64,000 nucleotides of DNA from assembly GCF_006345805.1 (NCBI RefSeq), contig NC_043015.1, forward strand, positions 46,438,001 to 46,502,000, read 5' to 3'. The translations under genes and the position numbers were made by a program. The DNA is from Octopus sinensis. Its lineage: Eukaryota. The notes under the pieces are model-generated. The model ran no database searches and had not been told where the DNA came from. It worked only from the letters and a program-made list of their open reading frames with translations. Every line of letters starts with the position of its first letter. Within the stretch, counting starts at the first letter, position 1. Shown here piece after piece: positions 36,960 to 49,489 of this stretch.

Positions 36960-37870
36960 ATTTATTTCATTTTAAATGGAGAGTGCTTTCTGTAGTATAT
37001 GGGTTGTACCCAATCAAGGTTATCCTCTGTAGTTCATGGAGATACTTCTCATCCCCCTTTTTTTATCATTCCCTAGTACTATCCTAGTATTATCCTAGTA
37101 CTATGCTTCCACGTTTTTATGATTTCAATTTGCAGATCTTTATAGTGAGAAAGCTTTCTGTATTGCTTTCTTGGACATTTTGATCTTGTGAGACAGACAT
37201 ATCTATTAACAGACTAGTTCCTCTGTTGTTGTCCTTGATCACAATGTCTGGTCAATTGGTGTCAATTTTTCTGTCTGTTTTTATTGGGAAGTTCCAATGG
37301 ATAGCCCATGCCATTTACTACATCCTCTGGATGGTGCCTGTACCACTTATAATTGGATTTAATTTTGTAGTATTTACAAGCATTCCAGTGGATGTACTGC
37401 CGTAGTCTGTCATGTCTTATGAGGTACTCCTTTTCAGCATGGACTGGGCGACCAGAAACAAAATGATCAAGTGTCACTGTGAATTTTCCATTATTATTAT
37501 TATTATTATGTTTTTTCCTTCTTTCTTCAAATTTTCTTCCGTTTCTCGACGAGTGTTTTCCATACACCTAGGGCAGAGAAGGGCATTGTATGCATTCCCA
37601 GATTACATGCGCAAATTCACAGATAGAATATGCATTTAAAAATTAATAAATAAATAAATTCATGGATGGATGTTGTTTTTACAGCGATAATGCTCTTCTC
37701 AGTACATAAGTCGTTCCAGTTAACACGATTTTTTGCACTTCCTGTAGGGATGGTAAGCCTGGAATCATTTTCAAATAGGTTTCAGTACCTTTTTTTATCA
37801 TTCCTAGAGATCCTAAAGTCACTGGTACTGTAGTCGCCTTGAGATGCCACATTTTTTCAATTTCTATCAG
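36960..37870 (-). mobile_element. R4/Dong-like non-LTR retrotransposon C-terminal fragments beside (TAA)n tracts
   Basis: YLIRHDRLRQYIHWNACKYY..KWYRHHPEDVV, a degenerate PDIVIKD endonuclease motif, and IEKMWHLKATTVPVTLGSLGMIKKG...IQ/VQKIVLTGT; flanked by (att)n runs as expected for TAA-targeting Dong elements. Confidence 0.75.
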
Positions 37871-37922
<52 letters not shown>

Positions 37923-38012
37923 GAGTGAGAGAGCAGCATATGCCATCAAAATGATGCTGGGTTACAAATATATGAAGCTCAATATAACCATCATGACTAC
38001 TCTCCTGAAAGG

Positions 38013-38058
38013 ACCACTGATGAGGTCACAGAAGTGTGAAAGAACTCTGGCCGAAATA
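38013..38058 (+). ncRNA. Hammerhead core truncated on its 3' side by a SINE
   Basis: ACCA CTGATGA GGTCA..19 nt..TGGCC GAAA TA; stem III and the stem I partner are replaced by SINE-A sequence. Confidence 0.4.
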
Positions 38059-38651
38059 TTATAGCCTCAGCTTGACCAAAGCCTTGTGAGTGAATTTGAT
38101 AGACAGAAACTGAAAGAAGCCCATTGTATATGTATATATGTATTTATGTGTGTGTGTCTGTGTCTGTTTCCCTGCCATAGCTTGACAAGCGATGCTGGTG
38201 TGTTTATGTCCCTGTAACTTAGCGGTTCGGCAAAAGAAACTAATAGAATATGTACTAAGCTTACAACAAATAAGTCCTGATGTTGATTTCTTCAACTGAA
38301 ACCCTTTAAGGCAGTGCTCCATTATGGCCACAATCACGCAGCTGAAACAAGTAAAAGAGTAAATGTACTTGGAACACCCAATGTGAGGTTCCAAGCAACC
38401 ACAAGGTTGAAACATATGTAGGAATTATTAATGGTTTCAAGTATCAGCACAAGGCCAGCAATTTGGTGGAGGGGATAGATAAGTTGATTACATCGATCCC
38501 AGTGCTCAGCAGGTACTAATGGTATCGGCCCTGATAGGATAAAAGGCAAAGTTGACCTCAGTGGAATTTGAACTCGGAAAGTAAAGATAGATGAAATGCC
38601 ACTAAGCAATTTGCCTGGCAATCTAACGGTTCTGCCAGCCCGCTGCCTTAA

Positions 38652-39096
38652 CCCTTTTGATACCAACCCGGCTGAAACTGGTTCTTGCTTTGTAGTACAA
38701 ATGTCTTGCTTTCAAAAGTTCTGAATTAAAATCTCCCACCAAACCATAGTCACAATTTATGTTCCTAACACTGGCTTAACCCTTTAGTATTTAAACTGGC
38801 CATATCCGGCCAAAATATTTAATTTGTTTTATGTTCAAACTGACCAGATCCAGGCTCTCACACCTACCCTACAATATTATTCTACATTAAGTAATTACAC
38901 CATCAAGATCTTGAAGATATGAGATAATGCATGATTAATTCAAATCAATGGGAATCAATAAGCATTATGTTTGATAGAATAATCTGAACACTAAAGGGTT
39001 TATGATAACTCTGTTATTTTACTAAATTCTTTGTTATATTTAAAATTAATTGAAAGAAACACAGAGCATCTCAAAATAAATACGGTAACAAAAGGG
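38652..39096. mobile_element. piggyBac-like MITE P1 (TTAA TSD) with nested piggyBac-like MITE P2 at 38780-38998
   Basis: ttaa-cccttttgatacc ... ggtaacaaaaggg-ttaa; the inner element runs ttaa-ccctttag ... ctaaaggg. Confidence 0.8.
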
Positions 39097-39636
39097 TTAA
39101 TGTAGGAACTAATAACATAAGCTTGTATCTATCTTAATTTCTCATGTGTCTGTGTGTGTGTGTGTGTGTACCCTAGTGCAGACATCACATAATGGTTGCA
39201 AATGAGCATCATCACCATACAAGTGATGTTATTGATGGAATTTTATTAAAGCAAGGATTTGTTTTTGCATATCCTATTTCAAATTTTCAAATTAGTATTG
39301 TTGCAATTAACCCTTGGTCAGCCCTGCATAAAGACTGACCAATGATAGGAAGGCATCCTACCTATTTCCATCCCAACATTTAATAAGACATCATACCTCC
39401 ATGACATTACAGGACATTAATGAATACTTCCGTCTTTTTGTAAAACAGTAGAATGTGATTTGAGAGTGAATTAACTGCTGCTATTTCTAGCAAGTTGATC
39501 AACCATATAGAGGCTCTGTTGTTCGGTTGCTTACTTAGGCCAGTTAGTCATATGTGTTTCAGGTAAAATAAACCATTGGCAGGTTTGTAAATATGTGATT
39601 AAACCAATCAAAACATCTATGATTTTTTTTAAACAG

Positions 39637-39771
39637 GTTCAACCACCACCAGATGCTGGAGCATTCAAACCAAGAATCCTAAAAACAACTGCCTTCCGTC
39701 GATTTTATGAGAGGGGAGACTTCCCTATAGCTCTAGAATTTGATACGAAAGGAAACAAGATTGCATGGAAG
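39637..39771 (+). CDS. PACRG: PACRG coding exon (135 bp)
   Basis: [45 protein letters not shown]; AG/GT boundaries; size equals the vertebrate exon as I recall it. Confidence 0.95.
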
Positions 39772-40759
39772 GTAACATTTTAAATATATATCTTTGTGTG
39801 TGTGTGTGTATTGTGTCAGATCACTTGTAAGATAAGTGCCACTGATAATATGGAATCCAGTACAACCTGTTGGATATTATTTAAATACATAACATCTTTG
39901 TTTGTGTGTGTGTACATGTGTATATATATCATCATCATCATCATTTAATGTCCGTTCTCCATGCTAGCATGGGTTGGACGGTTCGACCAGGGATCTGGGA
40001 AGCCAGAAGGCTGCACCAGGCTCCAGTCTGATCTGGCAGTGTTTCTACAGCTGGATGCCCTTCCTAACGCCAACCACTCCGTGAGTGTAGTGGGTGCTTT
40101 TTACGTGCCACCGGCACAGGAGCCAGGCGAGGCTGGCAACAGCCATGATCGGATTGGTGCTTTTTATGTGCCACCGACACAGGAATCACAACTACAATTT
40201 CCATTGATTTTTTTATGTTGAGATACTTGACTCAATAGGTCTCCTCAAGCACAGGGTCGAAACAATGTTTCTTTACTTGCCACTTGCACAGGAGTCAGTC
40301 CAGTGGCACTGGCAACTGCTGGGTGCCAGTCATAGGATTGGTTCAATTTCGATTCTGATTACATATATATATATATCATTGCTATTATGTAAAAGTGTTG
40401 TAAGTCCAAAACGTTGCTTTTTCAGAAAATGAAAAAATAGTTTCCCCATTCCATTTCTTTTTACATTAGCAACAGTTTCAGCTTAACAATAGTACTTTGT
40501 TCGGTGCATAAGATCTTAACTTCATGCATGTATGAGATTTTCAGTCAAAAATATTTTTGCAAAACTGTCGCATGTGGGACTTACTGCACTACTGAAAAAT
40601 GCTAAACTGATGTACTACACCTTATAGCAGAAGAATCCCCCAAATCTTACTATACTCAACTAATTAGCCCAAAGTTGCTAACGAACACACTTCAGTCCTT
40701 GGCTCACAGATCTTTTTTTCTTCACTCTACTTTCTCTAACAATATCGCAATAACCTCTG

Positions 40760-41390
40760 AAGGTGGCAAGCTGGAAGAATCGTTAGCACACCAGGCAAAA
40801 TAGGGGAGTAATTAGGTGTAGCTGTTTGGATTATAATGGTTTGACATGGCTGACTGGACTCAAGCTGTTTTGGCACTGGGGGCCTTAACATTCACACCCG
40901 TAAATGGTTATGATGCGCATGTACGTGGGGTACGCTTATCATATGAGTAGTCATGATGGGTATATTGGGCTTTGTATATTTGTACCTCTGCGTCACTTTG
41001 ATGGTGTGTGCTGCTCTGACACATACATATATTCTACACACCAGGCAAAATGCTTAGCGGCATTTCATCCATTTGGATGAAGGCAGCGAGCTGGCAGAAT
41101 CGTTAGCACGCCGGGCAAAATGCTTAGCGGTATTTCGGCTGCCGTTACGTTGTGAGTTCACATTCCACTGAGGTCGACTTTGCCTTTCATCCTTTCGGGG
41201 TCGATAAATTAAGTACCAGTTATGCACTGGGGGCGATGTAATCGACTTAATCTGTTTGTCTGTCCATGTTTGTCCCTTCTATGTTTAGCCTCTTGTGGGT
41301 AATAAAGAAATAGGCATTTCATCCATTTTTACATTCTGAGTTCAAATTCCACCGAGGTCAACTTTGCCTTTTATCCTTTTAAGGATTATT
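40760..41390 (+). mobile_element. Old SINE-B interrupted by two later retro-insertions (40802-41036 and 41075-41312)
   Basis: TSDs cacaccaggcaaaat (15 bp; 40787-40801 / 41037-41051) and ggcatttcatccattt (16 bp; 41059-41074 / 41313-41328). Confidence 0.85.
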
Positions 41391-41788
41391 TATCAATTAT
41401 CATCCGTCTTCCATTCTGATATGAGTTGGACAGTTTGACAGAATTATCATCATCATCATCATTTAACATCCGTCTTCCATGCTGGCATGGGTCGGACAGC
41501 TTGACAGAAGCTGGTAAGCCAGAGGACTGCACCAAGCTCCACTGTCTCTTTTACCATTGTTTTTACAGCTGAACACGCTTCCTAATGCCAACCATTTTAC
41601 AGAGTGGACTTTAGCACCAGCAACCAGATAGGTGGCACCAAAGTGGCTGTACCAAAATGCCTCATACCCAATTTACACTGATATTGATACTTTTAGTTGT
41701 TGGTAATCAATATATTTTTAGCAGTCAATTTCTCTTTTCTTTTTTTAGAGTAGAGGTTATTTTAAAATTTTATTTTCCTTTCTTGCAG

Positions 41789-41960
41789 ATTGAAATTGAA
41801 AAAATGGATTATCATCACTTTTTACCACTGTTCTTTGAAGGATTACGAGAAAACCAGCACCCATATGAATTCTTTGCTCGCCAGGGTATACATGACATGT
41901 TAGAACATGGAGGAAATAAAATTTTGCCTTGCATTCCTCAACTTATTATTCCAATTAAAG
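41789..41960 (+). CDS. PACRG: PACRG coding exon (172 bp)
   Basis: [57 protein letters not shown]; phase 0 in, phase 1 out. Confidence 0.97.
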
Positions 41961-42139
41961 GTGAATTCTTAAACTTACCTATGTTCTTTGCATTCAGTTA
42001 AATGCTACTAGGGTTGACTTTGTCTTCCATCCTTTTTGGGTTGATAAAATAAGTACCAGTCAACTACTGGGGTTGATGTAATCAATTTATCTCCTCCCTG
42101 AAATTGCTGGCCTTGTGCCAAAATTTGAAAGCATTGGCA

Positions 42140-42256
42140 ACACATAAAAGCGCCCGTGCAGTGCCACATAAAAGTGCCCATACAGTGCCACATAAAAGTG
42201 CCCATTCAGTGCCACATAAAAGTGCCTATATAGTGTCACATAAAAGTACCTGTGCA
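42140..42256. repeat. 24-bp minisatellite (cacataaaagtgcccatgcagtgc), ~5 units, fused to a SINE-B fragment
   Basis: 24-bp period; same junction as at 45329. Confidence 0.9.
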
Positions 42257-42912
42257 GCACGAAGTAAAATGTGTATAGTTTTTTAGCCTGTGTTACTGAA
42301 TTCTATATATTCATTCAACTGAAAACTCTTCAGGGGAGTGCTCCAGCATGGCTACAGTCTAATGACAGAGACAAATAGAAGGGAAAACAAGATATCATCA
42401 ACACCATGTCTATGTATTAATATACGTATATACACACACCTGCAAACACAAACACAAGCAAGTATACTAAAATCCCAACACTTAGAATATTTGTAAAAAA
42501 AAAAATGGAAGGGTGTGATTTTGGAGTAAATTTGGATGCTATTTCTAGCGGATCGTATGATCATGTCGAGCAGTGGTTCTCAACCAGACTCTATATGACT
42601 TTTGTGGGTGGGGATTCCAGGTAAGATTTTGTTGTTAAAATCTATGTATAATAATAAATTGATATTACTTCTACAATACACAAAACATTTTATATAATTC
42701 CTCTTTTACTCTTTACTTGTTTCAGTCATTTGACTGTGGCCATGTTGGAGCACCGCCTTTAGTCAAGCAAATTAACCCCAGGATTTGTACTTTGTAAGCC
42801 TAGTACTTATTCTATCAATCTCTTTTGCCGAACCGCTAAGTTACGGGGATGTAAACACACCACCATCGGTCATCAAGCGATGTTGGGGGGACAAACACAG
42901 ACATAAACATAT

Positions 42913-42949
<37 letters not shown>

Positions 42950-43178
42950 CGACGGGCTTCCTTCAGTTTCCACCTACCAAATCCACTCACAAGGCTTTGG
43001 TCAGCCTGAGGCTACAGTAGAAGACACTTGCCCAAGGTGCCACACAGTGGGAATGAACCTGGAATCATGTGGTTGGTAAGCAAGCTACTTACCACACAGC
43101 CACTCCTGTGCCTATAATATTAATATTCAATTATATAAATACGATATTTAATTGCTACTATCTTCTTTTTTCTTGTAG

Positions 43179-43328
43179 AGGCTCTGAATACAAGAAGTTT
43201 GCCTATAGTATGTACAACGTTGAAGGTCCTGCAGCATTTGGTTGTATCAGCTGAATTAGTTGGTGAAGCGCTTGTACCGTATTATAGACAGATTCTACCA
43301 ATATTCAACATCTTCAAAAACAAGAACT
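43179..43328 (+). CDS. PACRG: PACRG coding exon (150 bp)
   Basis: (E)[49 protein letters not shown]; AG/GT boundaries, phases consistent. Confidence 0.97.
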
Positions 43329-43984
43329 GTAAGCTTCTTATATGTTTCTTCCCATAGCTGCCTGCAGGCAACTTTTTTCTGTCTTATAAGGCTAAATACT
43401 CAATCTTTCTGCTGTTTCACAACTTCACTGTATTTAAAGTTTACTCTCTTGTCTGTAAAATACCAAACACATTCGACACTTCCAAAGTTTATTCTTTTAC
43501 TTGTTTCAGTCATTTGACTGCGGCCATGCTGGAGCACCACCTTTAATCGAGCAACTCGACCCCGGCACTTATTCTTTTGTAAGCCCAGTACCTATTCTAT
43601 CGGTCTCTTTTGCCGAACCGCTAAGTAACGGGGACATAAACACACCAGCATCGGTTGTCAAGCAATGCTAGGGGGACAAACACATACACACATATATATA
43701 TATACAATATATACTACGGGCTTCTTTCAGTTTCCTTCTACCAAATCCATTCACAAGGCTTTGGTCAGCCTGAGGCTATAGTTGAAGACACTTGCGCAAG
43801 GTGCCACGCAGTGGGACTGAACCCTGAACCATGTGGTTGGTAAACAAGCTACTTACCACACAGCCACTCCTGCGCCTATAAAAAAAAAAATGTCTAAATA
43901 TTGCTTTAAATAGTCATGTGCCTTCATTACAAACAATTTATCATTTTTTAACCAAATGTTGTTTCGTCCTTTGTTATTTTTTAG

Positions 43985-44145
43985 TAAACATCGGTGATGA
44001 AATAGATTACAGCCAACAGAAACGAATGAATGTTGGAGACTTGATTCAGGAAACTTTAGAGCTCTTTGAACGCCATGGTGGAGAAGACGCTTTCATCAAC
44101 ATCAAGTACATGATACCAACATATGAATCCTGTCTTATGAACTAA
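43985..44145 (+). CDS. PACRG: PACRG last coding exon (161 bp)
   Basis: (L)[52 protein letters not shown]. Confidence 0.97.
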
Positions 44146-44906
44146 TTCTTGTTTCAGTCTTTAACCTTGGTGGATGGAGAGTTTTCTCAAATCAGGATTC
44201 ATAACATAATTTGCTCATTTGGATGATATAAAAGATGTCTAATTTTCCTGATATATATATATATTCATATATATTCTTTATCTCTTCATTACTCAATGCT
44301 CTGTGGAATCTTCTACTACTACCACTATTCTACTATTACAATTGTTATGATTAATGATTATATTATTTACAAGATTATTTTAACAAAAATTAAAGATTTT
44401 AAACCTAGTTTCTTTTTTTTTTATTTCTTTCCTTTGTATTTTTCATCTGTTTTTCCTTCATTTATTTTTCCGATTAACTTTGCTTCGAACAATTACATCA
44501 CGGAAGAAAACCATTTTAACCAACAAGCGCATACACCTCCCATACACGTGCACACATACATATACATGATGAGCTTCTTTCAGTTTCCATCTTCCAAATC
44601 CACTTACAAGAGCAATTAGAAAATACCCAAAGTGCTACACAGTGGGACTGAACCTGAAACTATTTGGCTGGGACACAAGCTTCTTAACCACACAACCAAG
44701 CCCTACACTTACATACCTCAAAAACTAAATAAAAAAAGTAAAAGAATGTCTAAAGCAACACAAAAATACCAAAACTCCTAAAATCCAAAATGTATTCTCC
44801 AAGAAGAAGACATGAGAATTATTATGAAAATAATTTATTATATCAATGAAAATAAAGATATATATATATATAAAAAAGACATTATTTTCATATCAATGAA
44901 ATTATT

Positions 44907-45029
44907 TCAGTATCTGTTCCTTGATTTTAGAGGAAATTTGAAATGTTTGTTCCCAATTTGGCAATGTATTTCTGTAATGGAGATGACAAAACTGTTGATA
45001 TGTTCAGAAAGGTAATCGTCCAGGTGATT
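44907..45029 (-). CDS. USB1: USB1 exon 7 (last)
   Basis: NHLDDYLSEHINSFVISITEIHCQIGNKHFKFPLKSRNRY*; polypyrimidine tract and AG acceptor. Confidence 0.9.
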   Translation of the reverse strand, partial: NHLDDYLSEHINSFVISITEIHCQIGNKHFKFPLKSRNRY

Positions 45030-45328
45030 CTTGAAAAAAGAAAGAGAAAGAAAAAGGAAAATTAATTTTGATTGTTTATTAATATAAGTTTATTAGGGAT
45101 GACCTATAAGGGGGCAAGCTGGCAAAATCGTTACCCACGCTGGAGAGAATGCTTAGCTATACTTCATCCAACTTTACGTTCTGAGTTCAAATGCTGCTAG
45201 GGTTGACATTGTCTTTCATCCTTTTGGGGTTGATAAAATAAGTACCAGTCAACTGGGGTTGATGTAATCAACTTATCCCCCCGCCCTGAAATTGCTGGCC
45301 TTGTGCCAAAATTTGAAAGCATTGGCAA

Positions 45329-45600
45329 CACATAAAAGTGACCACGCAGTGTCACATAAAAGTGCCCATGTAGTTCCACATAAAAGTGCCTGTGCAGTGC
45401 CACATAAAAGCGTCCACGCAGTGTCACATAAAAGTTCCCATACAGTGCCGCATAAAAGTGCCTGAGCAGTGCAAAATAAAAGTGCCCATGCAGTGCCACA
45501 TAAAAGTGTCCATGCAGTGCCACATAAACGTGCCCATGCAGTGCCACATAAAAGTTCCCATATAGTGCCACATAAAAGTACCTGTGTAACGCCATGTAAA
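45329..45600. repeat. 24-bp minisatellite, ~12 units, between SINE-B and SINE-D sequence
   Basis: cataaaa recurs every 24 bp from about 45331 to 45595; explains the GTFMWHCM-repeat ORFs. Confidence 0.9.
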
Positions 45601-46742
45601 AGCACCCAGCACACTCTGTAAAGTGGTTGGCATTATGAAGGGCATCCAGCTGTAGAAACCATGCCAAATCAGACTGGAGTCTGGTGCAGCACCCCAGATT
45701 GCCAGCTCTGATCAAACCATCCAACCCATGCCAGCATGGATAATGGACGTTAAATGATGATGATGACCCACCCTTCCCAATTCTTTGGATTCTTTCCTAT
45801 ATTCTTCACCTTGTATCTTAAGAGTATGCTCTGACCCCTCATCACTACCATCATTGTCTTCTTTCCAATTACTCTCATCCACCCTCATAATATGGGGGAG
45901 CCATGAATCTCCTCTTATAGCAAGACCTATGAGCTCTATCATATTTAACCTCTCAACACCTAGCATGATGTCACTGCTCTCTTCACTAAAAAAACCTATT
46001 AAATGGTGGGTCTTTTCTCTGTCTCACAAGTTACTTGGTAACTGTACTAGTGCCAGCAACACAAACAGAGTACCGAGTGTTAAGAAGAGCAGCTAGCTAT
46101 AGAAAGTATGCCAGTACAGACATTGGAGCTCAGTGCAGTCCTCTAGCTTGTTAGAACCTGTCAAACCATCCAACCCCATGCCAGCATGAAAGACAATCAT
46201 TAAATTATGATGATGATGATGAAGTCATATAAAGTTATGTAAGACAATCACTTTAACTCTCAAAGCAAAAATGCTGCTATATTTTGTAGTGTAAACATAA
46301 ACCTTATTACATAAATAAGTACTGGCATGACAGTGTTGGTTGATGATTGCATTTTGCAACAAAATAATTTTGGGTTCAAATCTCACTGATTGTGCAGCAC
46401 TTTGGAGAAGTGTTGCCTACCATGGTTTTGAATCAACCAAAGCCTTGTGGATGAAATTTGGAGACAGTGAGGAAAATTGTCAGAGAGAGAGAGTGCTTTA
46501 AAGGAGATTTATTTGGCTGCTAGGAATAGTAACCAAATCTCCCTCAAATCAGATACTATCAAGATGCATTAGATAAAGTAGTCCTACACAGCCTAAAACA
46601 ATGGAATGATCACAGCTAGAATGTCTTTGATCATAGATTTGTTTAACTAAGGCTGACTTTGAGTAAAACACGAAATCAAAAATCTATGGCAAGAATAAAA
46701 CTCTATAACAATAGCATAGTAATATTCTGATATGAAAATTAC

Positions 46743-46826
46743 CTGTAAATTCTGCATGGTTTCTTCTGGTATGGCATTTATAACATCCCCTAAAGACCAG
46801 GCAATACTCACATGGAAGGATGGGTC
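46743..46826 (-). CDS. USB1: USB1 exon 6 (84 bp), second HxS motif
   Basis: DPSFHVSIAWSLGDVINAIPEETMQNLQ. Confidence 0.95.
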
Positions 46827-46949
46827 CTAAAAATACAAGATATTTGAATTTATTTATTCATAAAAATCTATAACTGAGACTTTTGAACATTTCTAACAAT
46901 GGAATAAACTTCAATAATAAGCTTTACAGCTCCGAAGCTGCAAAATAAA

Positions 46950-47185
46950 CCTTATCAGACTATTAAATATTACCACACTCAACATTATCAGATCATTAAA
47001 CATTGGCATACTAAACATTATTAGGCTATTAAAACATTCTCATACTAAACATTATCAGCCCATTAAAGCATTCCCATACTAAACATAATTAGACGATTAA
47101 ACATTATGAGCCCATTAAAACATTCCCATACTAAACATAATCAGACCATTAAACATTACCAGCCCATTAAAATATGCCCATACTT
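46950..47185. repeat. Degenerate ~32-bp minisatellite (aaacattatcagcccattaaaacattcccatact)
   Basis: Recurring catactaaacatt / ccattaaa units. Confidence 0.75.
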
Positions 47186-48153
47186 TTAAACAGTTCCAGC
47201 AAAAAGAAAAATGCAGAGGTTTAATCACATCTGTAAAATGACTGGATCATTTGCAAAAAGAATCATATTTGGGAAAACAGAAGAGGAGAGGCCAACCAAA
47301 GAGAGACTGGTTCAATGATAGAGTGATGCAGATGAGAATGAAAACATCAGAAGGCATAAAGAAAACTGAAGACTGAGGGGAGTAGAAAATATTAATAACA
47401 AAAATTGAAGCACCCTCGATGACAGAAATGATATGGGATTGATTTGACTTGAATTGAAACATTAGCAGAACTATATCCTTCAGGATATGTATCAGATATA
47501 TGCGTATATCGCTTTATCTTGACATTGCGTGTTAAATGTAAAGCAAGTGTCACCATTACAGAAGCAATGAACTCCATTTCCAATCTTTTATGAAAGCGTG
47601 TCCAGCCACAGAGAAATATTACCTTGCTTGGACAACAGGAAGGGCATCCCAAGCATGGAAAGTAGACGTTGAGAAGGCGGTGGTGGCAGCAGAGATGGTG
47701 GTGATGTACTTTAATACAAGACTAACTTAATTTTAAATTGTGGCAGCTTAGATAACTTGTTTCTTTTAGCCACATAACAATGAATAATAGATATTTATTT
47801 TTATAAATGAAAAAGAACATTCGAGCAAGGTCATTGCCAGTGCTGCTGGACTGGCTCCTGAACAAGTGGCACATAAAAAGCACCATTTGAGCGTGGCCGT
47901 TCCCAGTACTGCCTGACTGGCCCTCGTGCCAGTGACACATAAAAGCACCAACTACACTCTCGTGGATGGTGTTAGGAAGGGCATCCAGCTGTAGAAACTC
48001 TGCCAGATTAGATTGGAGTCTGGTGCAGCCATCTGGTTCGCCAGACCTCAGTCAAATCGTCCAACCCATGCTAGCATGGAAAGCGGACGTTAAACGATGA
48101 TGATGATGAAGTTTATTTCACTTTTCTTAAAAGATGAAAACAATTTGACTTAC

Positions 48154-48259
48154 TGAATAAAATGGAGGTAGATTAAAATCTTTAAATGCTTTGTCCACAT
48201 AGGTTGTGTAGTCAAATAACGTATCTGTTGAACTGGTCACTTGCAAAGAAAGAAAGGTT
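48154..48259 (-). CDS. USB1: USB1 exon 5 (106 bp)
   Basis: (R)TFLSLQVTSSTDTLFDYTTYVDKAFKDFNLPPFYS; AG/GT boundaries. Confidence 0.93.
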
Positions 48260-49364
48260 CTGTAAAAGAATAATAGTAGCAATAGTAAAAAAACAGAACC
48301 AATCAATCATATCAGTTTCTAGACCCACAAACACACCAAAAATATCTAACCACAGTCAATAAAGGAGTCTTTATGTGGTTACCCGAGCTTCTAGAGATAG
48401 CTGTCAAATCTCTCCCAAATCACATCCTACGAGCTTAAAAGAGAAAGGAGGTAATTAATCGCATTGTCCCCAATATACATTGTCTTAATAATAAAAAAAA
48501 AAAAAGGGGGAAAAAAATCTTCTGACTGCTGTCACGGACTGAAGGTTTTCGATTCTGGTTCACTGCATAAAGGATAACCTGAGATCCAACAAAAACAATA
48601 ACAGCTGGTCATAACACCGATAATAGCTTTTCTACGTTTAAATTGCATTGGATTACTTTGTATGCCACCAGGACAGAACTCAAATTTCGATCTGCTAGAA
48701 ATAGCAGTAAGTTTTTTTTTCTCACATCACACTCTGCCGTTTTAAAAAGCGGGAAGATTGAATGATATAGTCCTGGATATAAATAAATTTGGAAAATTAT
48801 AGAATGGTCGCGGCTGGAACGTCTTAGATCTGCTCAAGGAAGATAATAAAGGGCGAACCAACAGCCAAGTCCCATCAAAATCAGGAAATACAAGGGAGAC
48901 AACTCCATCAAACATAACGCCTATATAATTAAATTTGTTTTGCAAGATCCTTAATGCGAAATCGTATGTTGATACAGATATAGTATCTAGTGTGTGGTGT
49001 GGAGAGGTATCATTTTGTCAATAAGAAAGATTCTATTTCACTTCATTTTCCATCCAGTGAGAGATAAGGATTTCACTTCATTTATTTGTCAACCAGTTAA
49101 CCAAATAACTAATCGGGTTTTTTTTTTTATTTAATCGTTCGATTAATACATCAATCAGCTGGCTTGTAAGAGTCTTTTCGTCACTATTCACGATCTCACC
49201 AAATAACATGCCATCATTACTCCAGACATATCTCCTTACATATTCACTTTAAGCATTCTTTTGGGTTTAAATTCTCCAAAGTCATCCATTTGAGAAAATT
49301 CGAAATATTCATAGTTGTCTCCCTTGAAAATTTTTTCTTTTTAACTTTTCTCCTTGCTGTGATT

Positions 49365-49424
<60 letters not shown>

Positions 49425-49451
49425 CAGTAGTAGTAGTAGTAGTCATCGTCG

Positions 49452-49469
<18 letters not shown>

Positions 49470-49489
<20 letters not shown>

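Noticed and set aside
45197-45724. ORFs with 8-aa repeats and CRISPR-like periodicity
   Set aside because: A contiguous 24-bp minisatellite without unique spacers, in a eukaryotic intron.
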